Below are positions 23,603 to 33,138 of a DNA stretch of 40,650 nucleotides, piece after piece. The stretch is from NCBI GenBank assembly GCA_041600695.1, contig JBFIJP010000002.1:1-40650 (forward strand). Direction: 5' to 3'. Made by a program: the position numbers and the translations under genes. This DNA comes from Thermoplasmatota archaeon (GTDB taxonomy: Archaea; Thermoplasmatota; E2; JACPAO01; JAHFTW01). The notes under the pieces were generated by a model. It was not told the origin of the DNA and searched no databases. It saw nothing but the letters and a program-made list of their open reading frames with translations. How positions within the stretch are numbered: the first letter of the stretch is position 1; each line of letters starts with the position of its first letter.

Positions 23603-25149
23603 TGGGCAAGCCAGCGCCCGACCGGGCACAGTGGAACACGCGCGTCGGCTTCATCTTGGCCGCCATGGGTTCTGCCATCGGGTTTGGCAGCATCGCCCGC
23701 TTCCCCATGAACACCGCCAACAACGGCGGTGCCGCCTTCATTATCCTCTACGCGGTCATCATGCTGCTCTTCGGAGTTCCGATGATGATCAGCGAATTCA
23801 GCATCGGTCGCTCAGCGCAGAGCAACACCGTGGGCGCGTTCAAGAAGCTGGAGAACAACCCCAAAACGCGCTGGCGCCGGGCAGGCATTTTCTACTTCTG
23901 CCTCGCCGCCTTCTTCCTCAGCTGGTACAGCATCGCCGCCGGCTGGGTCCTGCGCTACGTCTTCGCCTCCGCCACCGGCGCCTACTTTGACGACCCCGGA
24001 ACATACTTCGCGGACGCCGCCGAAGGCCCAAGCACGCTCTTCTGGCACTTCGCCGTCATGTCGCTCACCCTGCTGGGCGTGCTGGGCGTCGTCAGCAAGG
24101 GCATCGAGCGCATCAACCTCGTGATGATGCCTACCCTGTTTGCCATCGTCGCCGGTCTGGTGGCGTATGCATTGACGCTCGACGGCGCCGGATCGGGGTA
24201 TTCATTCTATCTCAAACCGGATTGGAGCGCCGTCTCGGTCGCCGTCGTGACGGCGGCCCTCGGCCAGGCATTCTTCAGCCTCAGCCTGGGCCAAGGTGCC
24301 ATGATGACGTACGCGTCGTACCTGCCCCGTGAAGTTTCGCTGGCCCGCAGCGCCCTCACCATCGCCGGCAGCACCCTGATCTTCGCCTTCACGTGCGGCC
24401 TGATGATTTTCCCCATGCTCGCCGCCTTCGGTCTACTGGACTCCGGCGCCGCCGGCCTCGGCCTGATCTTCGGGCCCCTGAGCCAAGCCTTCGCCACCAT
24501 GGGCCAACCACTTGGCAACATCGTCGGCACGCTGTTCTTCTCGGGCGTGTTCTTTGCCGCCTTCACGAGTGCCGTGAGCCTCGTGGAGCCCGCCATCGCC
24601 TACGTCACTGACGAGCACAAGGTCAGCCGCAAGCGCGCCGCCGTCCTGGTCTGCGCCATCACGTACACGGCCGGAATCGCCGTCGCCTTCTCGACGCCCC
24701 TGCTGGACTTCGAGGGCGGACCGATCACCGACGCAGCCGTCATCATCGGCGGCCTGATGATTGCGCTGTACGTGGGCTGGTTCAGCCCCGCAGCCGTGTC
24801 CCGCGCCCGCATGGACGAAGGAACGGAAGGCCCGCGCCTGAGTTGGTACGCCTACCGTGTGGCCCGCTACGTGATGCCCGGGGTCCTCGCCTCCCTGCTG
24901 GTCTTCACACTGATCGGCACCCCCTGTGCGCTCAGCGGCGACGCAGCGTCCGAGGGCGTCATTGAGCAGATCAGCGGCGCCGAAATCATGGGCTGCACCC
25001 CGGGTGCAGGAACCGCAGCAGCCAACCTGGGCACACCCGCGGCACTCAGCATCATGATCGGGACCTACGTGGCCACCATGATGCTGCTCTTCGTGGCCGA
25101 CCTGACGCGCCGCCGGCGTTCCGCCGTCGACGACGCGGTGGCCACCTAG
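23602..25149 (+). CDS. Sodium-dependent transporter, neurotransmitter:sodium symporter (NSS/SNF) family
   Basis: WNTRVGFILAAMGSAIGFGSIARFPMNTANNGGAAFIILY..., about 11-12 TM segments. Confidence 0.85.
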   Translation: MGKPAPDRAQWNTRVGFILAAMGSAIGFGSIARFPMNTANNGGAAFIILYAVIMLLFGVPMMISEFSIGRSAQSNTVGAFKKLENNPKTRWRRAGIFYFCLAAFFLSWYSIAAGWVLRYVFASATGAYFDDPGTYFADAAEGPSTLFWHFAVMSLTLLGVLGVVSKGIERINLVMMPTLFAIVAGLVAYALTLDGAGSGYSFYLKPDWSAVSVAVVTAALGQAFFSLSLGQGAMMTYASYLPREVSLARSALTIAGSTLIFAFTCGLMIFPMLAAFGLLDSGAAGLGLIFGPLSQAFATMGQPLGNIVGTLFFSGVFFAAFTSAVSLVEPAIAYVTDEHKVSRKRAAVLVCAITYTAGIAVAFSTPLLDFEGGPITDAAVIIGGLMIALYVGWFSPAAVSRARMDEGTEGPRLSWYAYRVARYVMPGVLASLLVFTLIGTPCALSGDAASEGVIEQISGAEIMGCTPGAGTAAANLGTPAALSIMIGTYVATMMLLFVADLTRRRRSAVDDAVAT

Positions 25150-25340
25150 GTATCGACACGACGCGCGTCACACCGGACGCGGGCACCTGTGCCCACCGCC
25201 CGAAACCTCTTCCTTCCCTCTCACTTTTGACTCACGCCATCAACCGCGAGCGGAGCAGGCGGCACGCTCACTGAATCATCAAGGCGAACCGGCCGGCGAA
25301 GGTAGCGGCGCGAATCGGCTCCAACCGAGCGATCAGGAGC

Positions 25341-25658
25341 CTAGTACTCGCGCCAGGAGTGGCTGCAGCTCATGCACTCGTTGATCTCGGTGGGGGGTTC
25401 ATCCGACCGGCGAGTCTGCATGAGGTGGAAGTACGCACGGTCGTGGCCGCACTTGGGGCATTCCACGGACTGAATCTGTCGCGGGTCCATGACTTCCTCC
25501 ATCACGACGGTCTCCTTTGCGGTGGCCGTACCGCTCTGGATCACCTGCTTTTCCGTGGGAGCCGAGTCAGCCCAGCCACACTTGCGACACGCCAGGGTCC
25601 CATCCTTGGGGTAGACGAGACTCTTGCATTCGGGGCAAAAGGGCATGCTTTTGCCCAC
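25341..25658 (-). CDS. tfs: Transcription factor S (TFS) / RNA polymerase subunit M family
   Basis: Two zinc ribbons (CPEC..CRKC and CPKC..CMSC) and a QTRRSDEPPTE acidic hairpin. Archaeal-specific. Confidence 0.9.
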   Translation of the reverse strand: MGKSMPFCPECKSLVYPKDGTLACRKCGWADSAPTEKQVIQSGTATAKETVVMEEVMDPRQIQSVECPKCGHDRAYFHLMQTRRSDEPPTEINECMSCSHSWREY

Positions 25659-25757
25659 TTGGGCCGCCTAGATAGGCTTTCTGGGGTTGCCTGAACGGGG
25701 CGCCCACCCCCAGCAGCGGTGGGCCCCGACGCCGCGGCGAAGGCTTGGGCCCCAACG

Positions 25758-25767
25758 ATGATATATG
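25758..25767 (+). promoter_or_regulatory. Candidate TATA box for aEF-1beta (leaderless spacing)
   Basis: ATGATATATG is centred about 26 nt upstream of ATG 25789. Confidence 0.35.
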
Positions 25768-25788
25768 CCCCCTGGGTCGCGCGCGAAC

Positions 25789-26061
25789 ATGGGCGAAGTC
25801 CTACTGATCTACCGCATCCTCCCCGACGGCACCGAGGTTGACCTCGAAGCCCTGAAGGGAACCATCACCGCCGCGCTGCCTGATGTCGCCGAGGTGCGCG
25901 CCTTCGAGGTCAAGCCATTTGCCTTCGGCCTCAACGCGCTGATGACCACCATCATTGTTCAGGACGATGAGGGCAACAACGACAAGGTCGAGGAAGCCCT
26001 CACCGGCCTCGACATGGTCCAGGGCGTCGAGCTGCTCGACATGGGCCGCGTCGTCGGATAG
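25789..26061 (+). CDS. ef1b: Translation elongation factor aEF-1 beta
   Basis: MGEVLLIYRILPDG...VKPFAFGLNALMTTIIVQDDEG; about 90 aa, the typical size. Confidence 0.85.
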   Translation: MGEVLLIYRILPDGTEVDLEALKGTITAALPDVAEVRAFEVKPFAFGLNALMTTIIVQDDEGNNDKVEEALTGLDMVQGVELLDMGRVVG

Positions 26062-26158
26062 CCGCACCGACTCCTCTTCCCTTTCCTTACACCAGCGCGG
26101 CCAACGCCGCTGGCGCGGCCGTGCGCTGCCCCGCCTCGAAGCGGTTCTCGGCCGAGGT

Positions 26159-28276
26159 CTAATCCTCGGCCTGGAGGACCTGAAGACGAACCTTGTTGGA
26201 GCCGCTGCTGGCGCGCCAGACGAAGGCCACGTGTCGTTCCTCGCCGAGGGCCAGGTCGACCCGCTGCTCGTCGACGGTTCGGTCGTCGACCAAAAGGGAC
26301 ACGTCCAGGTGCCACGGCTCCTCGCTGATGTTGGTGATGTGCGCCGTGGTGGTCACCGCATCGCCTTCATCAGGCCGCTCCGGAACGTGCTCCACGCCCG
26401 AGATGGTGATGGGCGAATCCTCGTCGACCGGTTTGGCGGCCTTGATGGCCACGCGCGCCTTGCTACCTTTGCGGGGTCGCTCGCCGCCATCGTCGAGGGG
26501 AATGATCTCCAAATCCACTTTGCTGCGGCTCTTGGGCGCCGCCGTGTCGGGCACCTGGACACGCAGCGTTCCTGCGTAATGGTCGCCAGGTTCGTCGCGG
26601 GCGGTTAGGCCGAAGACCAGGTCCCCGTATCCGGTCATGGGCTCCAGCGCGCCGCCATCCTCCTGGCGCAGCAGCAGGCCCGCCTTCCACTCTGAATCGG
26701 CACCCGACAGGCGGGCGACCGCGCGGCGGAAGTCCTTCTTCCGGTTGCGCACCTGCACCTGGAATTCGGCGGTCTGGCCGGGCTCTGCGCTGAGCTTGCG
26801 AGGGCGCACCTCAATGTCGAGCCAGGGCCGCTTGGGCAGGAAGATGAGCAAGAAGAGCAGGATGAGTGCCACCAGAATTGCGACACCCAGCACGGCCACC
26901 TCGGCCCATTCGCCAAACAGGTCGTCGAAGCCGAGGGCCTCAGCCGCGGGCGTCAGGAATCCCAGGCCAGCCTTCGCCTCGTCGCTGCTGCCTCCGGCTG
27001 CGCCAGGAAGGTCCAGGTTGACGATGGACGTGATGGTGGCGTTGGCGCCGTTGCCTGAAATGGCACGCAGGACCACCGTGACCTTGGAGGCTGCGTCGTT
27101 CAGGTTGACGGACAGGGTGGCCGTGGCCTTCTCGCCTGCCCCCAGACTGAAGCTGGCGGGGCTGATGCTCGCGGAGGCTGCTCCCGTAACGGCGGGCGTT
27201 TCGAAGGTGATCTGGTCCGGATCGGTGCCCGTGTTTTGCACCTCGATGGAGAACGTCAATCCGGCGAAGGGATCGGCGGTGGTCCGCTCGGCGGCGCCGG
27301 CATGGCGAAGCGTGATGTCAGCCCCAATGGCGCGGACCGTGAGACTCGGAGTCACGGTGGCGGTGGCCCCTCGATCGGACTGGGCGCTGACGGGCAGATT
27401 GAGCACCGTTCCCGCGGCGACACCTGCCAGTTGGACCGTCATGAATGCGCTCACCTGGGCGCCGGGGGCCAGGGTGATCTCGGTGGGCGTCAGGGTAATG
27501 GTGGCGCCTGCCGCCGTGGGCGCGGTGAAGGTGAAGCGGTCCTGGTCGCTGCCGCGGTTGGACAACAGGATCGTGTAGACCACCCGCGCATCCGGGTCAG
27601 AGACCGTGCGGGCGAGTTCGCCCTCGACACTCATGGCGACGGCCGCGACGACAGGCGCGCGGGCAAACGTGTACACGGGTGCGAAGTCGGTGTCGGGGGC
27701 CAGATCCACGGCCGAGCTGTCGTCCTGGTCCACGGGCAGGCTTCCCGCGGTGGTCCCTGAAGCTTCGAGCACCAGGTCGGCAAGCACGTCACCGCCGGAG
27801 GCGCCAATGCTCGCCATCGGCACCTCAACCATGGTGAAATTGCCTTCGAACGCGACGGTGACGTTGTCGGCACCCTCGGCGGTCCCGTCGGATCGGGCGA
27901 TGATGGAATAGGCGGTACCGTTGGCTGTGCTGCCGAAGACACTGGTGGGTCCCGCATTGACGAGGAAGTCAAAGGTGAACGTGCCAGCCGAGGAGCCGTC
28001 GTCAAACGGCGTGCTGGTTTCCACGTTGAAGAGGACGGACCCGGCACTGGCGTTCTCCGAAATCCACAGCTTCAGCACGTCGATGTTGTTGAAGGCGGGT
28101 GGCGTTGGGACGAGCAAGCCGGCAGTCACCGCCTGGTCGCCGGCGGCATCTGTGACCTCGGGGTTGTCGGCCGTGCCGGCCTGGGCATGGGGGACGAGAC
28201 TGGCGGAGCTGACCAGAAGCAAGGCCAACAGAATCGCTCGTCGATTCGTTGGGCGGGAAGGATCTTGAGTCAGCAT
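26159..28276 (-). CDS. Large surface protein with repetitive Ig-like (CARDB/DUF11-like) domains, one TM helix and a C-terminal domain
   Basis: Signal segment AILLALLLVSSASLVPHAQA; Thr/Ala/Val-rich beta-repeats; TM segment VAVLGVAILVALILLFLLIFL; C-terminal HITNISEEPWHLDVSLLVDDRTVDEQRVDLALGEERHVAFVW. Start trimmed to ATG 28276. Confidence 0.65.
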   Translation of the reverse strand: MLTQDPSRPTNRRAILLALLLVSSASLVPHAQAGTADNPEVTDAAGDQAVTAGLLVPTPPAFNNIDVLKLWISENASAGSVLFNVETSTPFDDGSSAGTFTFDFLVNAGPTSVFGSTANGTAYSIIARSDGTAEGADNVTVAFEGNFTMVEVPMASIGASGGDVLADLVLEASGTTAGSLPVDQDDSSAVDLAPDTDFAPVYTFARAPVVAAVAMSVEGELARTVSDPDARVVYTILLSNRGSDQDRFTFTAPTAAGATITLTPTEITLAPGAQVSAFMTVQLAGVAAGTVLNLPVSAQSDRGATATVTPSLTVRAIGADITLRHAGAAERTTADPFAGLTFSIEVQNTGTDPDQITFETPAVTGAASASISPASFSLGAGEKATATLSVNLNDAASKVTVVLRAISGNGANATITSIVNLDLPGAAGGSSDEAKAGLGFLTPAAEALGFDDLFGEWAEVAVLGVAILVALILLFLLIFLPKRPWLDIEVRPRKLSAEPGQTAEFQVQVRNRKKDFRRAVARLSGADSEWKAGLLLRQEDGGALEPMTGYGDLVFGLTARDEPGDHYAGTLRVQVPDTAAPKSRSKVDLEIIPLDDGGERPRKGSKARVAIKAAKPVDEDSPITISGVEHVPERPDEGDAVTTTAHITNISEEPWHLDVSLLVDDRTVDEQRVDLALGEERHVAFVWRASSGSNKVRLQVLQAED

Positions 28277-28388
28277 GACGAATGCTCCGGAACGTTGGAA
28301 GAAGGGGTGCCCTTTGTGCTTTATCAATTCGTCGTCTGCACGACGCCGTCTGGGCGCTTGGCGCACGACCCTGGCCACCATATGAAGG

Positions 28389-28396
28389 TTTTATAG
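28389..28396 (+). promoter_or_regulatory. Candidate TATA box (leaderless spacing) for 28421..28699
   Basis: GGTTTTATAGCC, about 28 nt upstream of the ATG. Confidence 0.35.
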
Positions 28397-28420
28397 CCCA
28401 ACCGCGTCCCGGGAGTCATC

Positions 28421-28699
28421 ATGGTGAACGAGGAGCTGGTGCAGCGTCTGATCAAGATCCTGGATGAGCTAGACGAGCGATTCACGGATCAGGCGACCAT
28501 GAACCTCAAGGAGATGGCGATCATCCTGGAACGGGAAGCCATCGCGCACCTGGACGGCTATCTGCGCCGGTCCGGCGCGCTTGACTACCAGAGCCCCAAG
28601 CGCTACTTCCAGGCGGGCCCGAACCTGAAGGAGGTCCGTGCGGCCCTGGCCAGTGGCGAGGTCCCCCGCGGCCTTGAGCCCCTCCTGATGGGCGGCTAG
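28421..28699 (+). CDS. Small helical hypothetical protein
   Basis: 92-aa ORF with a balanced charged/hydrophobic composition and a TATA-like box at the right distance. Confidence 0.5.
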   Translation: MVNEELVQRLIKILDELDERFTDQATMNLKEMAIILEREAIAHLDGYLRRSGALDYQSPKRYFQAGPNLKEVRAALASGEVPRGLEPLLMGG

Positions 28700-29053
28700 G
28701 ACCGGTCGAAGCGTCGCGTGCGCCTGCCCCCGGTGCCCTGCGGGCCCGTGGGCCAAAGGAGCGCGTGGACCGATTTCCTCGGATGCCAGAGGCCATCCAA
28801 AGCCTGGCGCCCCGGCGATCACGCGGCAGCTACCCCGCGCGCCTGAGCCGGAAGGGTCTTGAAGGGCGGCATCTTAGGGTGTTTGCCGGCAGAGCCGGCC
28901 CGGTTGCGCCCACTTTTCCCGGGTGCAATCGCAGCCCCCTCCGCAAGGAGGGGGCCTAAACGATCTGGATCAGCTCCGGCCCCTGCGCTTCGAGTTTGGT
29001 ATTTGAACCTATTGCAAAAGGGAAGTCAACCAGAAGGGGGCCCATCGGTGTTC

Positions 29054-29224
29054 ATGGAGCTTGATGGCGCCACCCCCTCGGCCCCCACACCCCCCTCGCT
29101 GGAAACGTCCCTGCCGGAAGAGAGCCCCCTGTTCCGCATCGCCCAGCGTTTTGCCATGATCCAGGATTTGGCAGAGCGCGAGTGGCAGCGCATGGGCGCG
29201 CCGGACGCGGCGATGTTCGAGTAG
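29054..29224 (+). CDS. Possible small hypothetical protein
   Basis: 56-aa ORF (MELDGATPS...EREWQRMGAPDAAMFE). No motif. Confidence 0.25.
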   Translation: MELDGATPSAPTPPSLETSLPEESPLFRIAQRFAMIQDLAEREWQRMGAPDAAMFE

Positions 29225-29262
29225 CGGCGAACCCTAAGAAGCGGTGCCCTGTGGCCCGCCCC

Positions 29263-29610
29263 ATGGCAACCCTTCTGCACAACCCACGCTGCTCCAAAAG
29301 CCGCCAAGCCAAGGCGCTGCTGGAGGAAGCGGGCGTGGATTTCACGGTGCGCGAGTACCTGAAGGATCCGCTCGGTGCCGCTGAATTGGCTGATTTGCAC
29401 GCCCGGCTGGGCCGGCCGGTGGCAGAGTGGACCCGGTTCGGCGAGGACGAGGCCAAAGACGCTGGCGTCACGAAGGCGAGCAGTGACGCTGAGCTGCTGG
29501 CCGCCATGGCTGCCCACCCGAAGCTCATGGAGCGCCCCATCCTGATCGCTGGCGACGGGGCAGTCGTGGGCCGGCCGCCTGAGAACGTCGTTGCGCTGGC
29601 CACCGGGTAA
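29263..29610 (+). CDS. ArsC/Spx-family (glutaredoxin-type arsenate reductase-like) protein
   Basis: MATLLHNPRCSKSRQAKALLEEAGVDFTVREYL...HPKLMERPILI. Confidence 0.8.
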   Translation: MATLLHNPRCSKSRQAKALLEEAGVDFTVREYLKDPLGAAELADLHARLGRPVAEWTRFGEDEAKDAGVTKASSDAELLAAMAAHPKLMERPILIAGDGAVVGRPPENVVALATG

Positions 29611-29950
29611 CGCTAAAATTGTGCCGGGGCCGCGGATTGCATCGCACAGGCCGGGCCCCGCCAGGCCCTCCACGGCGGCCGCCATGTTGTGCTGCCGTGC
29701 CCGCCGTTTTGTCGGCCTGCCTGGGGGGCACGCATCTTGCACCGGACAAGACCCCCGTCCGGTATGCTTCGTCCGAGGCGGGGTCTGGGAGCCGGGGCGG
29801 CTGAGCCGGCCAAGGAGTGCACCGTCGGCCGCCGGGCCAATGTTTCAAACCCCCTGCCCGGGGACGCCAGGAGGCATTGGTGACCGGCAGAGCCGGTCGG
29901 CGAGGCAGCACGTAGCCTTATGACCCCTCCCCCCCGACGTTCGTGACGAC

Positions 29951-30577
29951 ATGCGAACGCATTGTACGGCGAAGGCCATCGGGCCTATGCTGGTGATACT
30001 GCTCCTGTTACCGACGCCGGCCGGTGCAGACGAACCGGTGCTTCCCAATCCTGTCGATGAGACCATGGCCCGGTGCCACGCACTCACACAAAACCTTCCA
30101 ACGACGCGGTGTGCCGTTCCGGCGCCGGCCATCGCAATCCAATCGCTCTTGCAGTCCGCAGGCAATCTCGCCGGGGTCGTCAACGATGGACGGACCTGCA
30201 CGACGCTACCCGACCCGTGGGGCGGCCCCGTTATTAACCTTGCATGCGCATGGGCGGGAGCAACGCATGAGACTAAGGATTCACGATGCCCGGATGCGAT
30301 GAACGTGCTCAGGCAAGCGAGTGCAGACCAATGTGTGCGTTATTCCGAGGCGGGTAGCGGTAGCGGCCTCGGTGGCGGTAAGGTGGTCACCCGGGGCCAC
30401 GAGGCACGCGAGTGCACGTATGGCGCGGGCAGCGGTTGTTCCCACCCGAAGATCTGGAGCCCCTGGATTCCTTTGCCAGATGACGCCGGGCCGACGGACA
30501 CCTGCTTCGACGTAACCACTAGCACGGCAGATCATACAGCAGGCATCATTCACGACAGGGCGCGAACGTTTTGCTAG
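29951..30577 (+). CDS. Secreted Cys-rich hypothetical protein
   Basis: Signal segment IGPMLVILLLLPTPAGA and about 10 Cys in the mature part. Confidence 0.45.
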   Translation: MRTHCTAKAIGPMLVILLLLPTPAGADEPVLPNPVDETMARCHALTQNLPTTRCAVPAPAIAIQSLLQSAGNLAGVVNDGRTCTTLPDPWGGPVINLACAWAGATHETKDSRCPDAMNVLRQASADQCVRYSEAGSGSGLGGGKVVTRGHEARECTYGAGSGCSHPKIWSPWIPLPDDAGPTDTCFDVTTSTADHTAGIIHDRARTFC

Positions 30578-31857
30578 TGCGTTCTTGGCCGCCGGGCCAA
30601 TGGCTCCTTCCCGTGGCGATCGTTCTGACGATGGCGGGCTGCCACGCGCCCGATTTGGCGCCGACGGAGCCTGCTGACGAAGTCCGTTTCACTTCTGAAA
30701 CCGGAGAGATAACGGGGGTCTTCACAGACATCCGGCGCTACTTGGCAGCCGACGCAACACTACGCGACGGGGTCCAACTTGCCATGAAGTTCTCCACCTA
30801 CCGCTACGATCACCGCCTCTTCACCCTCGATGAGGCCAGTATGGTCCGACGCACGGCCGTACCGTGCTACCTTCACGAGGTTGAAACCGATGTGTGCCGA
30901 AAAGGCATCGTGGACTGGTACGATTCCCAACGACTTCCGCCAATGGGCCTCGCCTGGCCGACGCTACTCACCCAGCCAGGCCCGATGCCGCCAGGCATCA
31001 CACTCGCAAAAGAGGGAAACCGAATCCTAGCCAACGGCGTTGATCCACTACGGGGCGGCGCCAGCCCTGGGACCCAGGCCGTCTTGACGTACGGCGCCGG
31101 CCAGCTTCCCGAAAGCATCGAGATCCATCGCTTCCAACAAGCGACCCTATGGACCAATTCCGGCGGCAACCTTGAACTGCCGCCATTGGCCGCTGCCGAA
31201 CCAACCACCGGGGCCGCCGCCGATGCGACCTTTGACGGCTACGCATTTCCGGGCGAAACGTACGATTGGTTTGGCGTTGGCTACACGGTGCGAGAGGCTC
31301 TCGAGGGCCTCTTGGACGCCGACACAACGGCACGCTCCCTGTGGGATGAAGGCGCTTGCCTCAGGGAAATACACCTGGAACTGCCGCCCGCGAACCGGTC
31401 AAAGCTCGTGCCCTTGGAGCTCTTGTCAAGTCCCAGCCGCCTCGATGTCACGCTGTCCGTTGGGGACAAGGGTACAACGTGGTACCTGTTGCATAGACGC
31501 GATGCGTTCGCCGGTTCCTCGTTTGACGTGGAACGGCGTGAAGAGCACACGTTCGCCCAAGAGTGCCCATCGCATGCCGCCCGGCCGCCCCAGGTGCCAT
31601 GGGCGCGCGCCTGGGCTACCATCAACGCAACCGGTGGCTCGCACCAGGGCTTGATTGATTTCGTGTATGGGTACGCTGATGCCAACCAAGACGGTTGGCC
31701 GGAGGCCCACTACGGGCTTTTCGCGATCCCGGCAAGCGCGGACACATCCCGGACAACGTTTAGCTACCACCCGGCGACCGTGACGGTTGACGCCATGTCT
31801 GGTCGGCTGCTTGCCATCGGTGACGACTCTGATCGAGTGCTGGCAATCGACGAGTAG
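30571..31857 (+). CDS. Lipoprotein, function unknown
   Basis: WLLPVAIVLTMAGC lipobox; overlaps the upstream gene by 7 nt. Confidence 0.6.
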   Translation: MLVRSWPPGQWLLPVAIVLTMAGCHAPDLAPTEPADEVRFTSETGEITGVFTDIRRYLAADATLRDGVQLAMKFSTYRYDHRLFTLDEASMVRRTAVPCYLHEVETDVCRKGIVDWYDSQRLPPMGLAWPTLLTQPGPMPPGITLAKEGNRILANGVDPLRGGASPGTQAVLTYGAGQLPESIEIHRFQQATLWTNSGGNLELPPLAAAEPTTGAAADATFDGYAFPGETYDWFGVGYTVREALEGLLDADTTARSLWDEGACLREIHLELPPANRSKLVPLELLSSPSRLDVTLSVGDKGTTWYLLHRRDAFAGSSFDVERREEHTFAQECPSHAARPPQVPWARAWATINATGGSHQGLIDFVYGYADANQDGWPEAHYGLFAIPASADTSRTTFSYHPATVTVDAMSGRLLAIGDDSDRVLAIDE

Positions 31858-32251
31858 CACGTGGCGGACCCCAGGCCGCCTGGTCCGCTGGGTGCTGATG
31901 CTGGTGCTTGTGGAACTGTCCGGCGGCTGCGCCAGCCCCATTGGGCAGGTGGAATGCCACGCCCACCCTGCCGGATGGGCACCTCGCGCCCGCCGAGACC
32001 CCGCGACACCGCGCCACTCCACGGGAATCCCCGCGCCTTACCGGCCTCCCGAGCCCGGCCACGATCCTCAAATAACCCCCTCCACCTGCGCCACTCAAGG
32101 AGCAAATCACCCGCAGGGGTGATGGCCGCGGCCTGGTGCCGGGGCAGCGATTCCGATTTTTACAGAGCGGGAACCAAATCCAGCCCGGGGCACCCTTCAT
32201 ATATGGGACCTGCCTCGCCGCCGCATCGACAGGGCCAAGCCCTGGCGAATT

Positions 32252-32261
32252 GAGGTGATCC
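32252..32261 (+). promoter_or_regulatory. Shine-Dalgarno site for rpoK; TATA-like TTCATATATGG at 32197-32207
   Basis: GAGGTGATCC is complementary to the conserved archaeal 16S rRNA 3' end and lies just upstream of TTG 32263. Confidence 0.5.
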
Positions 32262-32262
32262 G

Positions 32263-32457
32263 TTGGAGTACACGCGTTTCGAAAAGGCTCGCATCGTAGG
32301 AGCCCGCGCGCTGCAACTATCCATGGGCGCGCCGGTGCTGATCCAAGTGGATTCCAGCATCCGCAACCCCGTGGAGGTAGCGATGCTGGAGTACGATGCC
32401 GATGCCATCCCGATCACCGTCCAGCGAGCTCAGACCCAGGCTGGTGTCCCGCAATGA
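32263..32457 (+). CDS. rpoK: DNA-directed RNA polymerase subunit K (Rpo6)
   Basis: [25 protein letters not shown]; TTG start. Confidence 0.85.
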   Translation: MEYTRFEKARIVGARALQLSMGAPVLIQVDSSIRNPVEVAMLEYDADAIPITVQRAQTQAGVPQ

Positions 32458-33107
32458 CCGAGGAAATGTTTTCTGAACTGAACCCCCAGGCCGACTCATC
32501 GGCCGGGGAGGGCGCCGACCTTCTGGCGCCCGAGGACGAGTACCTGACCAGCGGCGTGCACATTGGCACGCAGCACAAGACCGCCGACATGAAGCCGTAC
32601 ATTTTCCGTGTGCGCAACGACGGCCTCTTCGTGCTGGATGTCGCCAAGACCGATGCCGCCATCCGTGCGGCGGCGCAGAAGCTCGCCAAGTTCGAGCCCA
32701 AGCGCATCCTGTTCGTCAGCCAGCGCCAGTACGGCCAGACCCCCGTCAAGCAGACGGCCAAGGCCATCGGCGCGACGGCCATCGCCGGCCGCTTTATGCC
32801 CGGCACGCTGACCAACCCCATCACGCCCAACTTCATGGAGCCCGATGTGCTGGTGGTCACGGACCCCCTCGGCGACGCCCAGGCGCTGCGCGAGGCCCTG
32901 AACATCAAGATCCCGATCATTGGCCTGTGCGACTCGAACAACGAGACGAAGCACCTGGACGTGATCCTTCCCGCCAACAACAAGGGTCGCCGTTCCCTGG
33001 CCCTCGTCTACTGGCTGCTGGCCCGCGAGATCCTGATGGAGCGCGGCGACCTCGCCAACCGCGAAGCCTTCAAGCTGAGCGTAGACGACTTCGAGGCCTC
33101 GTTGTAG
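32454..33107 (+). CDS. rps2: 30S ribosomal protein S2 (uS2), archaeal type
   Basis: [41 protein letters not shown]...[10 protein letters not shown]; ATGA overlap with rpoK. Confidence 0.9.
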   Translation: MTEEMFSELNPQADSSAGEGADLLAPEDEYLTSGVHIGTQHKTADMKPYIFRVRNDGLFVLDVAKTDAAIRAAAQKLAKFEPKRILFVSQRQYGQTPVKQTAKAIGATAIAGRFMPGTLTNPITPNFMEPDVLVVTDPLGDAQALREALNIKIPIIGLCDSNNETKHLDVILPANNKGRRSLALVYWLLAREILMERGDLANREAFKLSVDDFEASL

Positions 33108-33138
33108 GCATCCCGTTTCAACCTGAATTGGAGGAATC

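Noticed and set aside
28421-28699. C-terminal Gly-Gly suggesting a second SAMP
   Set aside because: The sequence looks all-helical rather than beta-grasp, and it has no ThiS/MoaD pattern. The GG ending is taken as coincidence.
28700-29050. Possible SRP (7S) RNA, because of GAGCCGGAAGGGTC
   Set aside because: The conserved helix-8 pattern (AGGCCCGGAAGGGAGCAAC-like, with a paired stem) is not reproduced, and no 5'/3' closing helix was seen.
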